From Octopus sinensis (Eukaryota), in NCBI RefSeq assembly GCF_006345805.1, contig NC_043000.1:122078001-122142000 (forward strand): a stretch of 64,000 nucleotides of DNA, in the 5' to 3' direction. A model generated the notes under the pieces. The model saw only the letters and a list, made by a program, of their open reading frames with translations, had not been told where the DNA came from and searched no databases. The position numbers were made by a program, and so were the translations under genes. Shown piece after piece: positions 13,694 to 27,165 of the stretch. The first letter of the stretch is position 1, and each line of letters opens with the position of its first letter.

Positions 13694-14725
13694 ACCTATA
13701 TCTATATATGTCACTAATTTCTCATATATTAACCTGTATGTTTTCTGCGATTCATCTAATAAGGTTACATTGTTTAAAGTGTTATCTTAGCAATAACAAG
13801 TAGGGTGTAATTTTATTACCTGTTCCAAACAGCGTGGGACATTATGTTACACCTGTTATGTTTTGCAGTTGAGAATTGTTTCTATGAGGAACACATACGC
13901 TTTAGATAAACGGGGGATGGATGCTGAAACATGAACTGATTACTTTTATGAAATTAAATATATCTGAAAACCTCCATCTTAGCCCCTTGACGCGAAGCAT
14001 GCGGGGCATTACACCGTTTCTTTTTATCTAATGAGGCCACACAAACACACAAGTGCCAACGAGCTCGCGTCTATTTACGTTCACCGTTACAATAACATAG
14101 CGTCGTACATTTACGTCTATCGATTTATGAAAACGAACTATGTGAAACTATTTATCATGATATGATATGCAAGAGATATTCTGCTTAAGTTCAAAAAACA
14201 GCTTCCGTGTGGTACAACCCAAAACCCGGTATTATGCATGTAAAGTATCCGCATGTCATTGGTCTGCTCCTAGTCTCATGACTTGAAGGTAACCTAAAAT
14301 AGCTAAATAATAAATAATATATTCATCTAAATAAATCCTGGAACACGTAGTTGTGTGTAGTATCTATGTGCGCGCGCGTGTGTGTGTGTGTGTGTGAACA
14401 TGTGTGCATTTGTATACTCTTTACTCTTTTACTCTTTTACTTGTTTCAGTCATAGGACTGTGCTCATGTACGGGACGGCTAGCGCACGCACCTCAAAAGA
14501 TAAAGTACACGATAGCGAACGTAAACATACCTCAGGCGCTAAAAAGTCCGTGATAGATGTAGGGCAGCTCTGCATCGAATATCTACGTTAACCGCCGTTA
14601 GGCAAGCAAAAGAGTAATCGTATATTTGCATTAACCGTTGTCAAGAGGTTAACAAGCAGTTCATAATTGCTTCAATGAATTTGATCGCAGACATCCTTAG
14701 TTAGAGGAAGGTCCTTCTTCCTTCT

Positions 14726-14962
14726 CGAGCCATGCCAGGCTCATAAGGGCCGGTTTTCCTGTTTCGGTGGCTTAGAAATTCCCCACCTGGACGAGCCGCC
14801 GGTCCGTTGCAGGATTGCTCATTTTTGCCAGCTGAGAGGACTGGAGCAACGTGAAATGAAGTGCTTTACTCAAGAACACAACGCATCGGCCGGTCCAGGA
14901 ATCGAAACCACAACCTTACGATCATGAGTTCAACACCCTAACCACTAAGCCACGCGCCTCCA
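14726..14962 (-). mobile_element. tRNA-derived SINE family C (V/Meta-domain-like motif)
   Basis: Reverse complement of GGAGGCGCGTGGCTTAGTGGTTAGGGTG head, GTGTTCTTGAGTAAAGCACTTC, CTCAGCTGGCAAAAATGAG, GCAACGGACCGGCGGCTCGTCCAGG. Confidence 0.8.
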
Positions 14963-17156
14963 CAGTTAAAGGAGATCGAGAAACACGTGCGACGTGGAAG
15001 CTATACGCTCTTCTACAGGAACATTATCATTAGACGAGGGAAATACTTTCAACTGAATCTCTGTGCTATGGGATTGATGCGATGTGCACATGTTTCGTTT
15101 ACTGCTTCATTTGCTACATCAGAATGTATATTGCTGATTTTATATTCCCACAAACGATTGCAGATTTAAAGAGAAATCGAATGGGATTTCATAAATTCTA
15201 TACGTTCAACCCTTTTAATTGTACCGTAATTAAAATTAATTGCAATTGGCAATAAATCAAAATGTTCATTCCAGGTTTCTTTTTCAGCAATAACTTACTT
15301 GCCCAAGGTTACGGGTTTACATGGATGCCGAATAAGGAAGATGCGTTGTTCAACTTCTTCCCTCAGTATTGATATTGTGTGTGGAAATGTCTGAATGCGT
15401 ATGCTGGATCGATTATTTACCTTGAATATATGAGAATATAGTTGTTATTCAAATTTTCATGCCAGTATAAAATGGTGAATAAAGAGAATTTTAAAATCAT
15501 TTATACGCAATTTCACATAGCAAAGCGAGCGAACATTCTGAATGACTTTTTTAATGGGAGTTCAATTTCTAATATCATCTCAATTCTAATGGTTTCTGAT
15601 TCAAACCATCGATCGATTCTTTAATGCAGAGTTTACTTACTACATAAACTTATATTTCAAATTTGATTCCATATCCTACCAATGGCAGCAATTTTGAGCA
15701 GATTAGTAAAAGAATATCTGAAGAAATAATCACATGAATACATTAGTTACGAAATAATCCTGTTCTTAAAGACTATTCAATAAAAATTGTATTGAACTCA
15801 CTAACAGGAATTAATTCGGTTCGAGATCGTAGCATTATATAATTGAAGACATATTGTGGTTTAATGAGAAGAAAATTATGATGAGAAATCTTGTTTTGTG
15901 TTTTGTTTGTATTTTAGCTTTTGGAGAAAAGAGAAATATTAACGATAACAGCTAATAATAAACCATATTTCCCAAAGTTGCCTATTAATCACAGTTATAT
16001 TCGATTAAACTTTCGACCCTACATTTTTCTCTGAATTGATTTACCCCCCACTAAAGCATTTTCTCTTGTTTGAAGTTAAATTTGAAATTTTTCTTCTTTT
16101 TAAATGGTTGATATGTGATTAAGGTTTATATAAGTGAATTGGAGAGGAGTTAAATTCGAAGCATTTTTCTTTGCTTCCAGGTTGAAGAATATTAAATCAT
16201 ATAAACTTCGTCGAGAATAATCAATCAAATGTTATATTCTGTCATGGAAAAATAAAAATTAAGATTAACTTTCTAAAATCTTTCTTGCTTGCTACTAGAA
16301 AAAGATTCAAATTCTTTCCTATTTAACATTGATAATGGATGCAAGAAGCTGACATTAGTTATAGCATCTATCCAATTAATTCATACTGTTAGGAATCAGT
16401 TTTATAGCATCTCCGAATATAAATGAATCAATTTTAAATAAATGGTCGCTAACTGAAATTGTCCAATTTCAGAAAGATCTTTATTTTAGATCCATCGTCT
16501 TTCAAGAACAGCGTAATAGCTTTTTTTTATAATCGTAATGTGTATATTTTAATAGGTTTCTTAAATGCCATTTATTTCGTTATTTCAATTTTTTGGCTCT
16601 TTTTTTTTTCGATTTCATTTAAAGTAAATGATTATACTTTATTTACAGGCTACATTAATATCGAATTTAATATTGGTGAAATTGTGATTTGTAAAGTCCA
16701 TTGAAGCAATGAACTCAACGTTATATATTTCCAGACATCGTTAATAGTTTACAATTATATGACAAAAAGAGTTCATAATGTGAAAGTATGTTACTAAGAT
16801 GGGAAAAACGAATTTAAAATGTAAAGGGCTGATTTTAAATGCATGATACACGAGATTATTGTCAAAAAGTAGAAACATTTGGAATGCTATAGCCTAATAT
16901 TAACTCACAAATTTTATAAATATACATCACCGTACTTAATACAGTTTTATAAAGCATGAATCGTTTTAGGAGTAAAAACTTACCCCATTACAAAAAAATC
17001 CACCGATTTTTTGATCAAATAACACACAAAATTATAATCTAGCAAAGCATAACTCCAGCATTTTGGTTCTGAACATTTAACTGTACCGTGCGCAAATTCT
17101 TATATAACTTAACTTTCCCTTTTGTGCGAATCTGTTAGGATTTAAGAAATAACGTT

Positions 17157-17582
17157 GGATCCTTTCGGTTTGAACGGCAGTTTTTACTAGCGGTGTCATA
17201 TGAAATTGTCACCCATAATTATGACCCTAGTATCGATCTATTGCATTTCAATCTGTTTCAGGGTTAGTGTTAGTTAGGGTTAGGGATGGGGGAAGGGTAT
17301 CTTTTTTTCTTCAGAAATGTAAATAAATCCAATCTGTTTCTTAAACGAGGGACATATTCATACGGCACAGAATGTTTTCACCTCAATATACGTCATTGAT
17401 TGGTTGAAATTGTAGAAATTAGAGAGAAAAAACAACAAATATCTTACAAACTATAGAATTTTCTCAATAAAGCCAAGAGAAAGAGATGTTTTATAAACAC
17501 ATTTTACCAGTATACGAAGTTGAAAAGTGATTAGTTAAGTGGAAATTATATTAAAAAACTGCCGTTTAAGCCGACAAGATCC
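17157..17582. mobile_element. Non-autonomous DNA transposon (MITE), 8-bp TSD, GG-starting TIRs (Merlin-like)
   Basis: TIRs GGATCCTTTCGGTTTGAACGGCAGTTTTT / AAAAACTGCCGTTTAAGCCGACAAGATCC; TSD ATAACGTT at 17149-17156 and 17583-17590. Confidence 0.8.
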
Positions 17583-19039
17583 ATAACGTTTCCCACAGAA
17601 TTATACAAAAGCTCGTGAAGAGATTTTATACTCACTGATTATCGCCATCATAGGTTGTAACTAGCTATGCTTCTGATAGTTACAAATATCTCTTAGTATT
17701 CTACGATATGAATGCACATAATTTTGTATTTACTAATAATGTAATATCTGTAATTAAATTTGAAATTCATGATACATTAAATTGACAATATTTAACTAGA
17801 AAATAGGAACGAAATTTGCTTTTATAGAAACGAATTGTTTATGTATAAATAAAAAGGAAAAATACCATGTACGATTGCATGTATTTTGTAATAAATATCT
17901 AAGGGAAGTTTAATTTCACCGTACTGCAATATAGGCACCCTATTGATTTACTTGAGGCTTCAACAAAACATCTGGTACAAAATATAGCGATTCGATTCCG
18001 TCATATAAAAATCTGATCTAGGTGGAAATATTTAAAATTCTAAACTAATAAAATTCTGCAATTGAAGACAGCGATATGTGTAACTAATAGTATTAGAATA
18101 GAATAAAAAAAAATAATAGGCTTTACACATCATATTACATTAAAAGAAAGATAATTTTTTTTTATGCAAATACTAATGGAAGAGAATCTAAGAATCATAC
18201 TTGCAATACCGCTGCATCATCTTAAAAACACGAGAGGATTTCACGCAATCAATAACAAGATGGATTATTATGTAACAAAATAAATTACAATTTACTGAAG
18301 TGGGGAGTGAAGATTAAATTAAGCATGCCTTCCAATGCGTATGATAGAGCGTCAAATATGTAATCAAATCTCTTGGAAATATTCAGTCAATTTAGATTAT
18401 CCAAGCAATTAATTGAAAAAAAAATTGCAAGTGCGTCGGCAATCCAAAAGCAGCTGTCGCGGTGGATACCTCTTATACTAATAGCGTATTGGAATTTGGG
18501 AAATTATAGATAAGCTAGATTGGAATGGTTTTTGTCTTTAAAGCAACGGCTGATAGAAATAAGCACGTTACGTCAACTTGGGACATTAGTTTTAGGCCCT
18601 TTTCAAGTACATATCCCGCCAACATTAACATAGACTATCATCCATCTAGGATTGATAAGGTATAGTTAGAGATCAGCAGTTGATAGTACCGACTAACATC
18701 TCCCTCTCAGAACAATTGGATTAAAGCTATTCCAGAAGCCGTTATTTCTCCTCAGTGAGGTATATTCAAAATAGAGATTAAAACACTCTTGCAGCATGTA
18801 CAAGCACGCAGAGACTCGCATATGACGAGCTGGAAGAATGGTGACTCCAAAGTTTACTGCAGGGTAAACGCATTTTTATTTCTGAATTTCTTCATTATCT
18901 TAGGTTTCGTGCGCTAATATTTACAAATTTCAAAAGCGTATCGTATAAATTGGTGGAACGGCATTCTACATTTTGGATTAGCCGCTATAATATATGGAAC
19001 TCATCTTCCATTAGGTTTGCAAATTGTAGAACACATATA

Positions 19040-19058
19040 TGAAAATGTGTATGTATGC

Positions 19059-19097
<39 letters not shown>

Positions 19098-19100
19098 AAG

Positions 19101-19177
<77 letters not shown>

Positions 19178-19197
19178 TATGATATATATATACATGC

Positions 19198-19248
<51 letters not shown>

Positions 19249-19250
19249 TA
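19040..19250. repeat. (TA)n/(GA)n/(GATA)n/(CA)n compound microsatellite
   Basis: Direct inspection. Confidence 0.9.
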
Positions 19251-19253
19251 TGC

Positions 19254-19417
19254 AGGCGCGAGCGTGGTTGTGTGGCAAGTAGCTTGCTTACAAACCATAT
19301 GGTTCTGGGTTCAGTCCCACTGCCTGACACCTTCCGTAAGTGTCTCCTATTGTAGCTTCGGTCCGACCAAAGCCATGTGAGTGGATTTGTTAGACAGAAG
19401 CTGAAACCAGCCCGTCA
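19254..19417 (+). mobile_element. SINE family A head and core, truncated at its microsatellite
   Basis: GGCGCGAGCGTGGTTGTGTGGCAAGTAGCTTGC...GGTTCAGTCCCAC...CCGACCAAAGCC...CCCGTC, then microsatellite. Confidence 0.75.
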
Positions 19418-19418
19418 T

Positions 19419-19544
<126 letters not shown>

Positions 19545-19626
19545 TAGATAGGGATTGTAATAATTCCAACGTATCAGGGGATAAAATTCTATTTAGCACA
19601 CTAAATCAAAATTTGCAATATATTAA

Positions 19627-19661
<35 letters not shown>

Positions 19662-20184
19662 TATATATATATATATATATAACAGACAAACCGCTAGTAG
19701 ACGTGTAGTCGTTTTAAAATTTTACAATAGGTTTATGCAAATACCAAACCACATTCGTCAATATTTTTGCTAATCAATGGTACAACTATATAGATAAAGT
19801 ATTTAAAGGTGTGTAAATTTATAAGGTCAAAATTTGGGGAAAAAACAGTTTAATCGATCAAATGTTCCAATGCTCACATAAATTTCAATGTGTTTCACAG
19901 GAATAGAAAGTAATATAAGTGTAAATGTCCGATGAATATCATAACAAATGTATATTCTTGAAAGTTCAGATATTGAAGTTTTTATAAAAGAAAATAGGGA
20001 AGGAAAGAAAAGGACAGAGAGGTGAAAACCTTTCTCCAAGTAATAGGCTTGAAATTTTGTTAAGGCTTTAGGTTATTTTCCTACTTTTCTTGACATGAAG
20101 CCAACAGCAGATTTAATTCACAAATAAGAAATAATATATCCACCAATGCAAAGTTGACCACTCGTTTCATCGTTCTACATTTAC

Positions 20185-20207
20185 GTATATATATATATAA
20201 TATATAT

Positions 20208-20294
<87 letters not shown>

Positions 20295-20331
20295 TGTTTA
20301 TATACGTATATACATATATATATATATATGC

Positions 20332-20408
<77 letters not shown>

Positions 20409-20432
20409 TATATATATATAATATATATATGC

Positions 20433-20495
<63 letters not shown>

Positions 20496-20500
20496 GTACA
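20185..20500. repeat. Long (TA)n array with TGCG interruptions
   Basis: Direct inspection. Confidence 0.95.
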
Positions 20501-21109
20501 TATCCAGACTATGTCTAGCAGTATCACCTTTCATGCAAGAAGTTGAAAATGAATCTTACTTGATAAATCTGAAGTACATAAAAATCGAATTGAATTTTTT
20601 TTATAGAATTCTATGACTTGACTTCAGACAACCTCCTGCTGAGTTTGAATTGAAGTGATAAATTAATTCATATAGCTTTATATGATGTCTTGAGAAAGTT
20701 AGCGCAATATTGAGAGTGTTATCATAGCCAAAGGCAAATCATATATTATTTCCGCAAGAAATCCTTTATGCTCTTATGCAATTTCAGACGTTTGCACGGG
20801 CACAGAAGGCATGTTGCGGTATATCTATGTATGAAAACTCTAATATATACCCATAGGCAAATGCACAGAATCACAAAACCAAAAACATGTAGACATATAC
20901 GCTCACAATTCCGTGTAAATAGTTAGAAAGATTAATAGATATCGAGCGAGAGAGCGAGAGAAATAAAGGTAGTGCAAGAGAAAGAGGGAAGAACGGGAAG
21001 AGATATCAGTATATAGATCACTTTTTTTTATTAACTGAGTTGAGCATATGTAGTACTCAAGCGGCAATAGGTCGTGAAATTTTTTCATTCGATAAGAATA
21101 ATTACGATA

Positions 21110-21300
21110 ATCCTTTCCACTATAGGTACAAGACCTGAAATTTTGTGGGGAGAGATACAGTCGATGACATCGATCTTACTGTTTTACTAATACTTAATTT
21201 ATCGATTACGAAACGATGAAATGCAGTGTTGACCTCGGCGGAATTTCAAATCTGAATATAGCGGCAGACGTAAGACCGTTAAAGATTTCGCACGTTAAAG
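21110..21300 (-). mobile_element. SINE family B, degraded
   Basis: TACTTAATTTATCGA...GACCTCGGCGGAATTT matches the reverse complement of the family B core and B box. Confidence 0.65.
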
Positions 21301-21699
21301 ATTTCACTGGAGTTTCTAGGACCAATCCAATCGTCATACATGACCGAAGGGGGTCATTACCATTTTATATATGATATGATATATATATATATATATATAT
21401 AATATATATATATATATAGATATATATATATATAATATATATATATATACATATATATATGCATATATAGTGTGTGTGTGTATCAATAATAATAAATGGT
21501 AAAATTAATTAAACAATTAATAACAAATAATTTTACCAAGTAGTTCGTTATGTTAAAAGAACCATTATCGGTAAACGTATACAAAAATTCTATAATTATG
21601 AGCATAATTATAATTAGGGCTCTGCAAAATTTGCTTCACCACATACCGAAATTTAGAATAGCAGTTAAACTACTCTTGCTTTTTATGATGGTGTGTGTT

Positions 21700-22255
21700 T
21701 GGAGGATTAAGTTCATTCTGTGGTCATTTTTTAGCAGGGGAATGTTTTGAGGGATGGTGTCGAAGGTTTCATTGTTAAGAGGGTTGTGAATGGAGATGTA
21801 TGGTAGGTCTTTTGGTTGTAAATCCTTCTTTAATTTGGGATGTGTGAGTTCGTGGATGTTGAGTTGTAGGGCAGGTTGAAAGCATAGGTCAATTAGTGAA
21901 GGTGGGTAGTTCCTGCTGATGAGTGTATCCTTTCGTCATATCCTTTTTGCTAGGTTGAAGGGGATATTCAATATGGTATGTCTGGTTTGGCATGAGATGA
22001 ACGGTACATATTCCTTGATGTCCGTGGGCTTATAGTATATATCTGTTTCTATTACGTTGTTAGATTTCTTAATGAGGATGTCGAGGAAGGGAAGTTGTTG
22101 ATGGCTATATTCTATCGTGCATTGAATGTTTACGTCAAGTCCATTTATAAGTGATTGAAATTCTTTAAGTCTCTCTATACTTCCATTACAAATAATGAAA
22201 CAGTCATCTAGGTATCTCTTCCAGTTATTTACTGAGATCCCTTCTGAACGCATCT
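21700..22255 (-). pseudogene. Penelope-like retroelement reverse transcriptase fragment
   Basis: WKRYLDDCFII...LPFLDILIKK...IETDIYYKPTD...NIPFNLAKRI, continuing LISRNYPPSLID and LPYISIHNPLN; YxDD plus PLE-typical thumb/linker motifs, with stop and frameshift. Confidence 0.85.
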
Positions 22256-22689
22256 ACAACAAATGACATTCCCACCACGACCATATAATATCAAACAATC
22301 AAATATTAAAAATGATACATTCATAAGAGATACCCAAGAATTCATTAAATACCCAATCACTGCTGTAATCAACAACGAGTCACTTTAAGGTCACTTGACC
22401 ATTTAACATCCTACTACTATCCTACCATCCTGCTTTATCTTATTATTTTCTCTCTTATTCTCTGTCTCCTTCTTCGTCTTCTTCTTCATCTCTACAACCT
22501 CTTTCCTTACTTTACCACAACTGCAGTCTAGAATAACACCTACGCAATTATTATAAACAATACATTCAAAAGGGATATCTCAAGAATTCAATCACTATTA
22601 CCATCCCCAACAAGTCACCTTTAGGGCACTTGACCATTTAATATCCTACTACAATCGTAGCGCTCCAACATTATTTTCTCGTTCTTTTT

Positions 22690-22775
22690 TTACTTCCTTT
22701 TCTTCTTCTTCTTCTTCTTCTTTTTCTTTCTTCTTCTTCTTCTCTTCTTCTTCTTCTTCTTCTTCTTCTTCTATG
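22690..22775. repeat. (TTC)n microsatellite
   Basis: Direct inspection; source of the poly-E and poly-R ORFs. Confidence 0.9.
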
Positions 22776-23019
22776 CCAAGAATTCTCAACGATCGCGAAT
22801 CGAGGACAGTAAACAATGGAGACAAAGAAAAGCAGAAACAAGGAAAATGCCCCTTGTTTTTGAATACCATGCAAATATTCTTTTAAAATTATTTTCATTT
22901 ACTTTTTCCAAAATGTAATTGCTTTACATACTTTCAGTTGAAAAAGTCTCAATGACCAAACTGGTACTGAAATGTTTTTTATAAAATCATTTTAGCATTA
23001 TCTACCTTGACTTTTTTCC

Positions 23020-23088
<69 letters not shown>

Positions 23089-24449
23089 AAATTCTCATTT
23101 ATGTGCTCTCATATAACCTGATGAGTAACAGAAATTACATGTAACTGGCATTTGCTTGTTTCTGTGGTTTGCATAAGATACACCGTGTGAAATATTTCTA
23201 CAAATATCGTACGCTAATTTGTATTAATCCACTTTGTCTTTATGCATTTCTACGTGTGTTTTGATTTTAAACATGTATGCGTTAACTAATGGGAAATAAT
23301 AGCATCCGAGCGGTTGAGAACTAATTCTATAAATCTGTAATGAAATCCCGAGTTAATGAGCAAAAAATAAATAATATGTTTCGGAAGTGATGTGCAATGA
23401 CGTTGACGAATTAGCAGCTTTTCAAAGATGATAAAACTAAAAGTAAGAAACCGTGATACGCATAAAATTCCATAATCCTTGTTTTGTAGGTGAGACATCA
23501 TGTTGTTACGCATGACTGTACCAATGCATTTTCTTACGAGACTTATTCGCATGGAAAATGAATTTAAAAAAAAAAACAGTCCTATGACGTCATGATAAAT
23601 GCTGATTCATTAGCGGGAATTTAAGTATTGTGCTACGTCTTCAGGAATCGGTAAAATAATTGTATTATACTTACTTTAATGCCACATAGAAAACTTAATT
23701 TCTTTGAAAATCAATTGATAGCTGAAATTGCGTGCGACATTTTACAGGCAATTTTTTCTTTTCTATTATGTCATTTACTTAACTTGAGTTGCGCCGAAAA
23801 AAAATTTGCGTGAAAAAATTTTAGATTGTGAAATCTCTAGCAAGGTTTCTATTCCAAGCTGAATTCCTCTTACTGAAAAAAAATGTTTTTCATTTCTTTT
23901 TCTTTTCTTCTTACTCTATAATCATTGCACCATTCTTAAAACTTGACTGATTTTATAATTAATGTATAATTACTGAAAATGCGAGTGTAGTTTTTGCACT
24001 TTGAGATTTCAACATCATGATTAAATGTATTCACACCATCTGTGTCGGTGGATACTGGAGTCAGTTGTATAGGTGTCGATGACCTAAAGCAAGATCTGTG
24101 ATGTGCTAGTGTTGAGGTGCACAGCCGATTCTATATAACCCTGAGAACAAATATAGCGCACTACGTCTGATTAGGCTGAATTATGTAACCGCTGTCAAAT
24201 ACATTTACCACCACCTACACAGCGAATTGTTTCCCTACAACGTTTCCAACAGGTTCGTATCCAGTGGGAAAACGTTTCCTACATTACCAGCATGCATTTA
24301 TTCATCAACATTCAGCGAGGGATATTAATTTACTGTTGGAAAATTAAACACGAAGTTATGCATCACGTAGCTTTAAGCTCTCCTCGATTACTATTTTTTT
24401 ACTGAATCCATTAGTATTTTGTAACGACTATGCCTAGCGAATGCACGAA

Positions 24450-25250
24450 ATCCTCTTTCTGTTGCTCTACAATAAAAATAATGCTGCCTCATCAGACAAT
24501 ATATCTGTCAATTTTTCTGGTCTTTTATCGTCTTTTGAGGCCTTATCAAACACTGTTAATTACAGCTCAATATCAACTCAGCTAACACCACATATATTGC
24601 CCTTCTCCAATTACTCCAATGAATGGAATTGTACGTATTCAAGATACAGATGCTCCCCTTATCAACTGTATCCATCACCTTCCCTTTTCCTATAACTTGC
24701 AAGCATATAATATGCCAGCAGCCATTAATTTTAATAATTTCGATTTCCGATCCTTCTCTTTAAGTATAAATAATATTTTTCCGTGTCAGATTTAATGAAG
24801 ATTTTCTCTACAGCCATAGAGATTATCATCATTGATATTCGCAAAACATTACACCGTTTTTGAAAAGAGAGCCATGAAACTTAATTGCCAAACTGTAAGT
24901 TTCAAGTTACTTTACTCTATGTAGCATATATATCCAAATATACAGTATAGGAACTATATTCTTCGTAACATTTATAAACGTCTTGTCTCTCTGTCATTTC
25001 TCTCAGTACGTAAATCTCAGCAAAGAATATTTCAGCTCTGTCTTCTGTAACTTCCTCACCACAAACAACAATGTACCCAAAATGAAAACTGTACACATGG
25101 TATTTACTTTTACAAAAATGCATATCCTCGTGAAAACACTTGTGTCATCAACCGGTATGTTGTTGTTCAATTTGCCAGAAATGGCACACGATCTCACTCA
25201 AATATTGAAACATTACAACGATACTTCATTGAATAATTACACGATAAAAT
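24450..25250 (-). pseudogene. Highly decayed LINE (CR1/L2/Jockey-type) RT remnant
   Basis: Minus strand LEKGNICGVS*VDIE...VFDKAS resembles L..G..VD.VYLDF.KAFDKV; upstream DRAEIFFAE resembles KAE.LN.FF. Weak, multi-frameshift match. Confidence 0.35.
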
Positions 25251-25789
25251 TTTAAAATTCAATACTTCACAATTTCTTAATATTTCATGATAGCCAACGC
25301 TGTTATGCCAACAGGAAAATTCTTCCCAACGATTCACACTCCAAGCTGAACAGGTATATATTCTAAAAGAGATCGGTTGCTGACCTCATTAAAGTACGCA
25401 TGTAACATTAGAAGCTTGCGCATATATCTGCGATGACATTGTCATTATAGGCACATACTAGACTAGAACCACCCCCACCGAAAAATTCCACGGCTGAAAT
25501 CGTGTATCAAATAGCGCGCAAAAACATTGAACCACAAGAGTACAAATAACTTACTTTTTCATTTTACACTGTATTCTTCTAAGCAGCCATCTCTTTCCCT
25601 TTCTCTCTCTTTCTTTCTTCCCTCTATCACTGTCTCTCTCTCTCCAGCTCTTTCTCTCTATCTCTTTCTCTTTTTCTCTGTCTCTAGTTCTATCTCTATT
25701 TTTCTCTATCTCTCTCCTCTCTCTACTTGGCTTGCCTTACAATTGTCTTAAAAACATTTATATATATATATATATAATTTTTTTTCGTA

Positions 25790-26040
25790 ATGAGACAAAA
25801 AACCAAGGCTAGGTAGATTTTAGAAAATTTATAGATAGAAAATCTTACAGCTTTTTCCAGGATATTTATTAGTTATATCCCTTCATCAGGGACGGTGTGA
25901 GAGAATAGTTAAGTAATAATTAATTTAGATATGATACAAAATAAAGTGAGGTCGAGGAAAGAAAACAGATGTGAGAGATGTAGGAATATTGAATTTGTAG
26001 ATCCGTCTTTTAGGGAAAATTGTATACATATAAGATTCCA
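25790..26040 (-). mobile_element. Penelope-like pLTR remnant with degenerate hammerhead core
   Basis: Minus strand CTGATGA-A-GGGATAT-aactaataa-ATATCCT-G-GAAA-AAGCTGTA (core at 25889-25883); stem II retained, stems I and III damaged. Confidence 0.55.
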
Positions 26041-26859
26041 ATATATATATATATATATACACGTGCAGCACACACGCACACACATATAGTCATATATTTT
26101 GTATCATTTCATATATCGATACAGAGATAGTTATATATGAAATAAAAGTATGCATATATATCAGAATAGGACTGCAAATGCTGTCAGATATGAACATTTA
26201 TATTTATGCCGTTTGGCTGTTTCGGCATTTACATACTCGTTCAGTCAATTCAGTTTTGGAGGCCATCTTGCATATGTATTGAAGTTCACGGTGATATTCA
26301 CCGCTCTGTAAACACCTACGTAGATTCAACTAGCAGTTAAAACACTTTCTTAATATTTTGGTTTGTCGATTTTTTCATTTTCATCTCTTAATTTTGTATT
26401 TATTCTGTGTAATATTTACATTCAATTTGTTCCCTGGTCTGATTTAATCATTAGCAATTATTGATTATGGAAGAATTCTATATTTATGCATAATATCAGA
26501 TATAAGGATTCTCAATATATGTCAAATAAATCATAGCTTTAAACGCATAACTAAGTATATTTACTTGTCATTTGTAATCTTAAATATAAACGTTAATATA
26601 TTATGTTAAACTAGATATACCTGTTTGTACATCGTTAGATCTTGTTGCACAAATGTTCACAATCATATAAGACATTGTATGTATCTTCTATTTATTCATC
26701 AAAATGTCCATCAACTTTAGAATGTTTTCATCACGACCGGTATTATCAACATCAAAAGTGTATGCCACACGGAAGGCCCAAATACCCCGTCATAATTTTA
26801 GTGGTATTAATTACAGCAAGAGGTTTTATTCAGGTTACATTTGGAAAGAAAAATCTCTT

Positions 26860-26993
26860 ATCAGGCAGGTGTCGCTGTGCGGTAGGATGCTTTCTTTTCA
26901 CCCACATGTTTTCGGGTTCAATTCCACTGTATATCCTTGTGCCGACCAAAGCATTGTGAGTGGATTGGTAAACGGAAAGTGAAAGAAGCCCGT

Positions 26994-26996
<3 letters not shown>
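26860..26996 (+). mobile_element. SINE family A head/core, degraded
   Basis: GCCGACCAAAGCATTGTGAGTGGATTGGTAAACGGAAAGTGAAAGAAGCCCGT followed by (TA)n. Confidence 0.7.
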
Positions 26997-27032
<36 letters not shown>

Positions 27033-27165
27033 AGAAGCGAGTTCTATAGTCGAACGATAAAACTGCTTTTTTAAAACATTGCGAGACATTAATATATTTA
27101 TGAAATAAACCCTGCACACTTATACAAACCTAAGTAAAAAATATGTTTATATATACATATATATA

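Noticed and set aside
20690-20810. Possible Tc1 3' end (IESVIIAKG-like, then TTTGCACGGGCAC)
   Set aside because: Very short match and no partner TIR found.
23115-23200. CTGATGAG followed much later by GAAA
   Set aside because: No stem II closes onto GAAA and no stem I in register.
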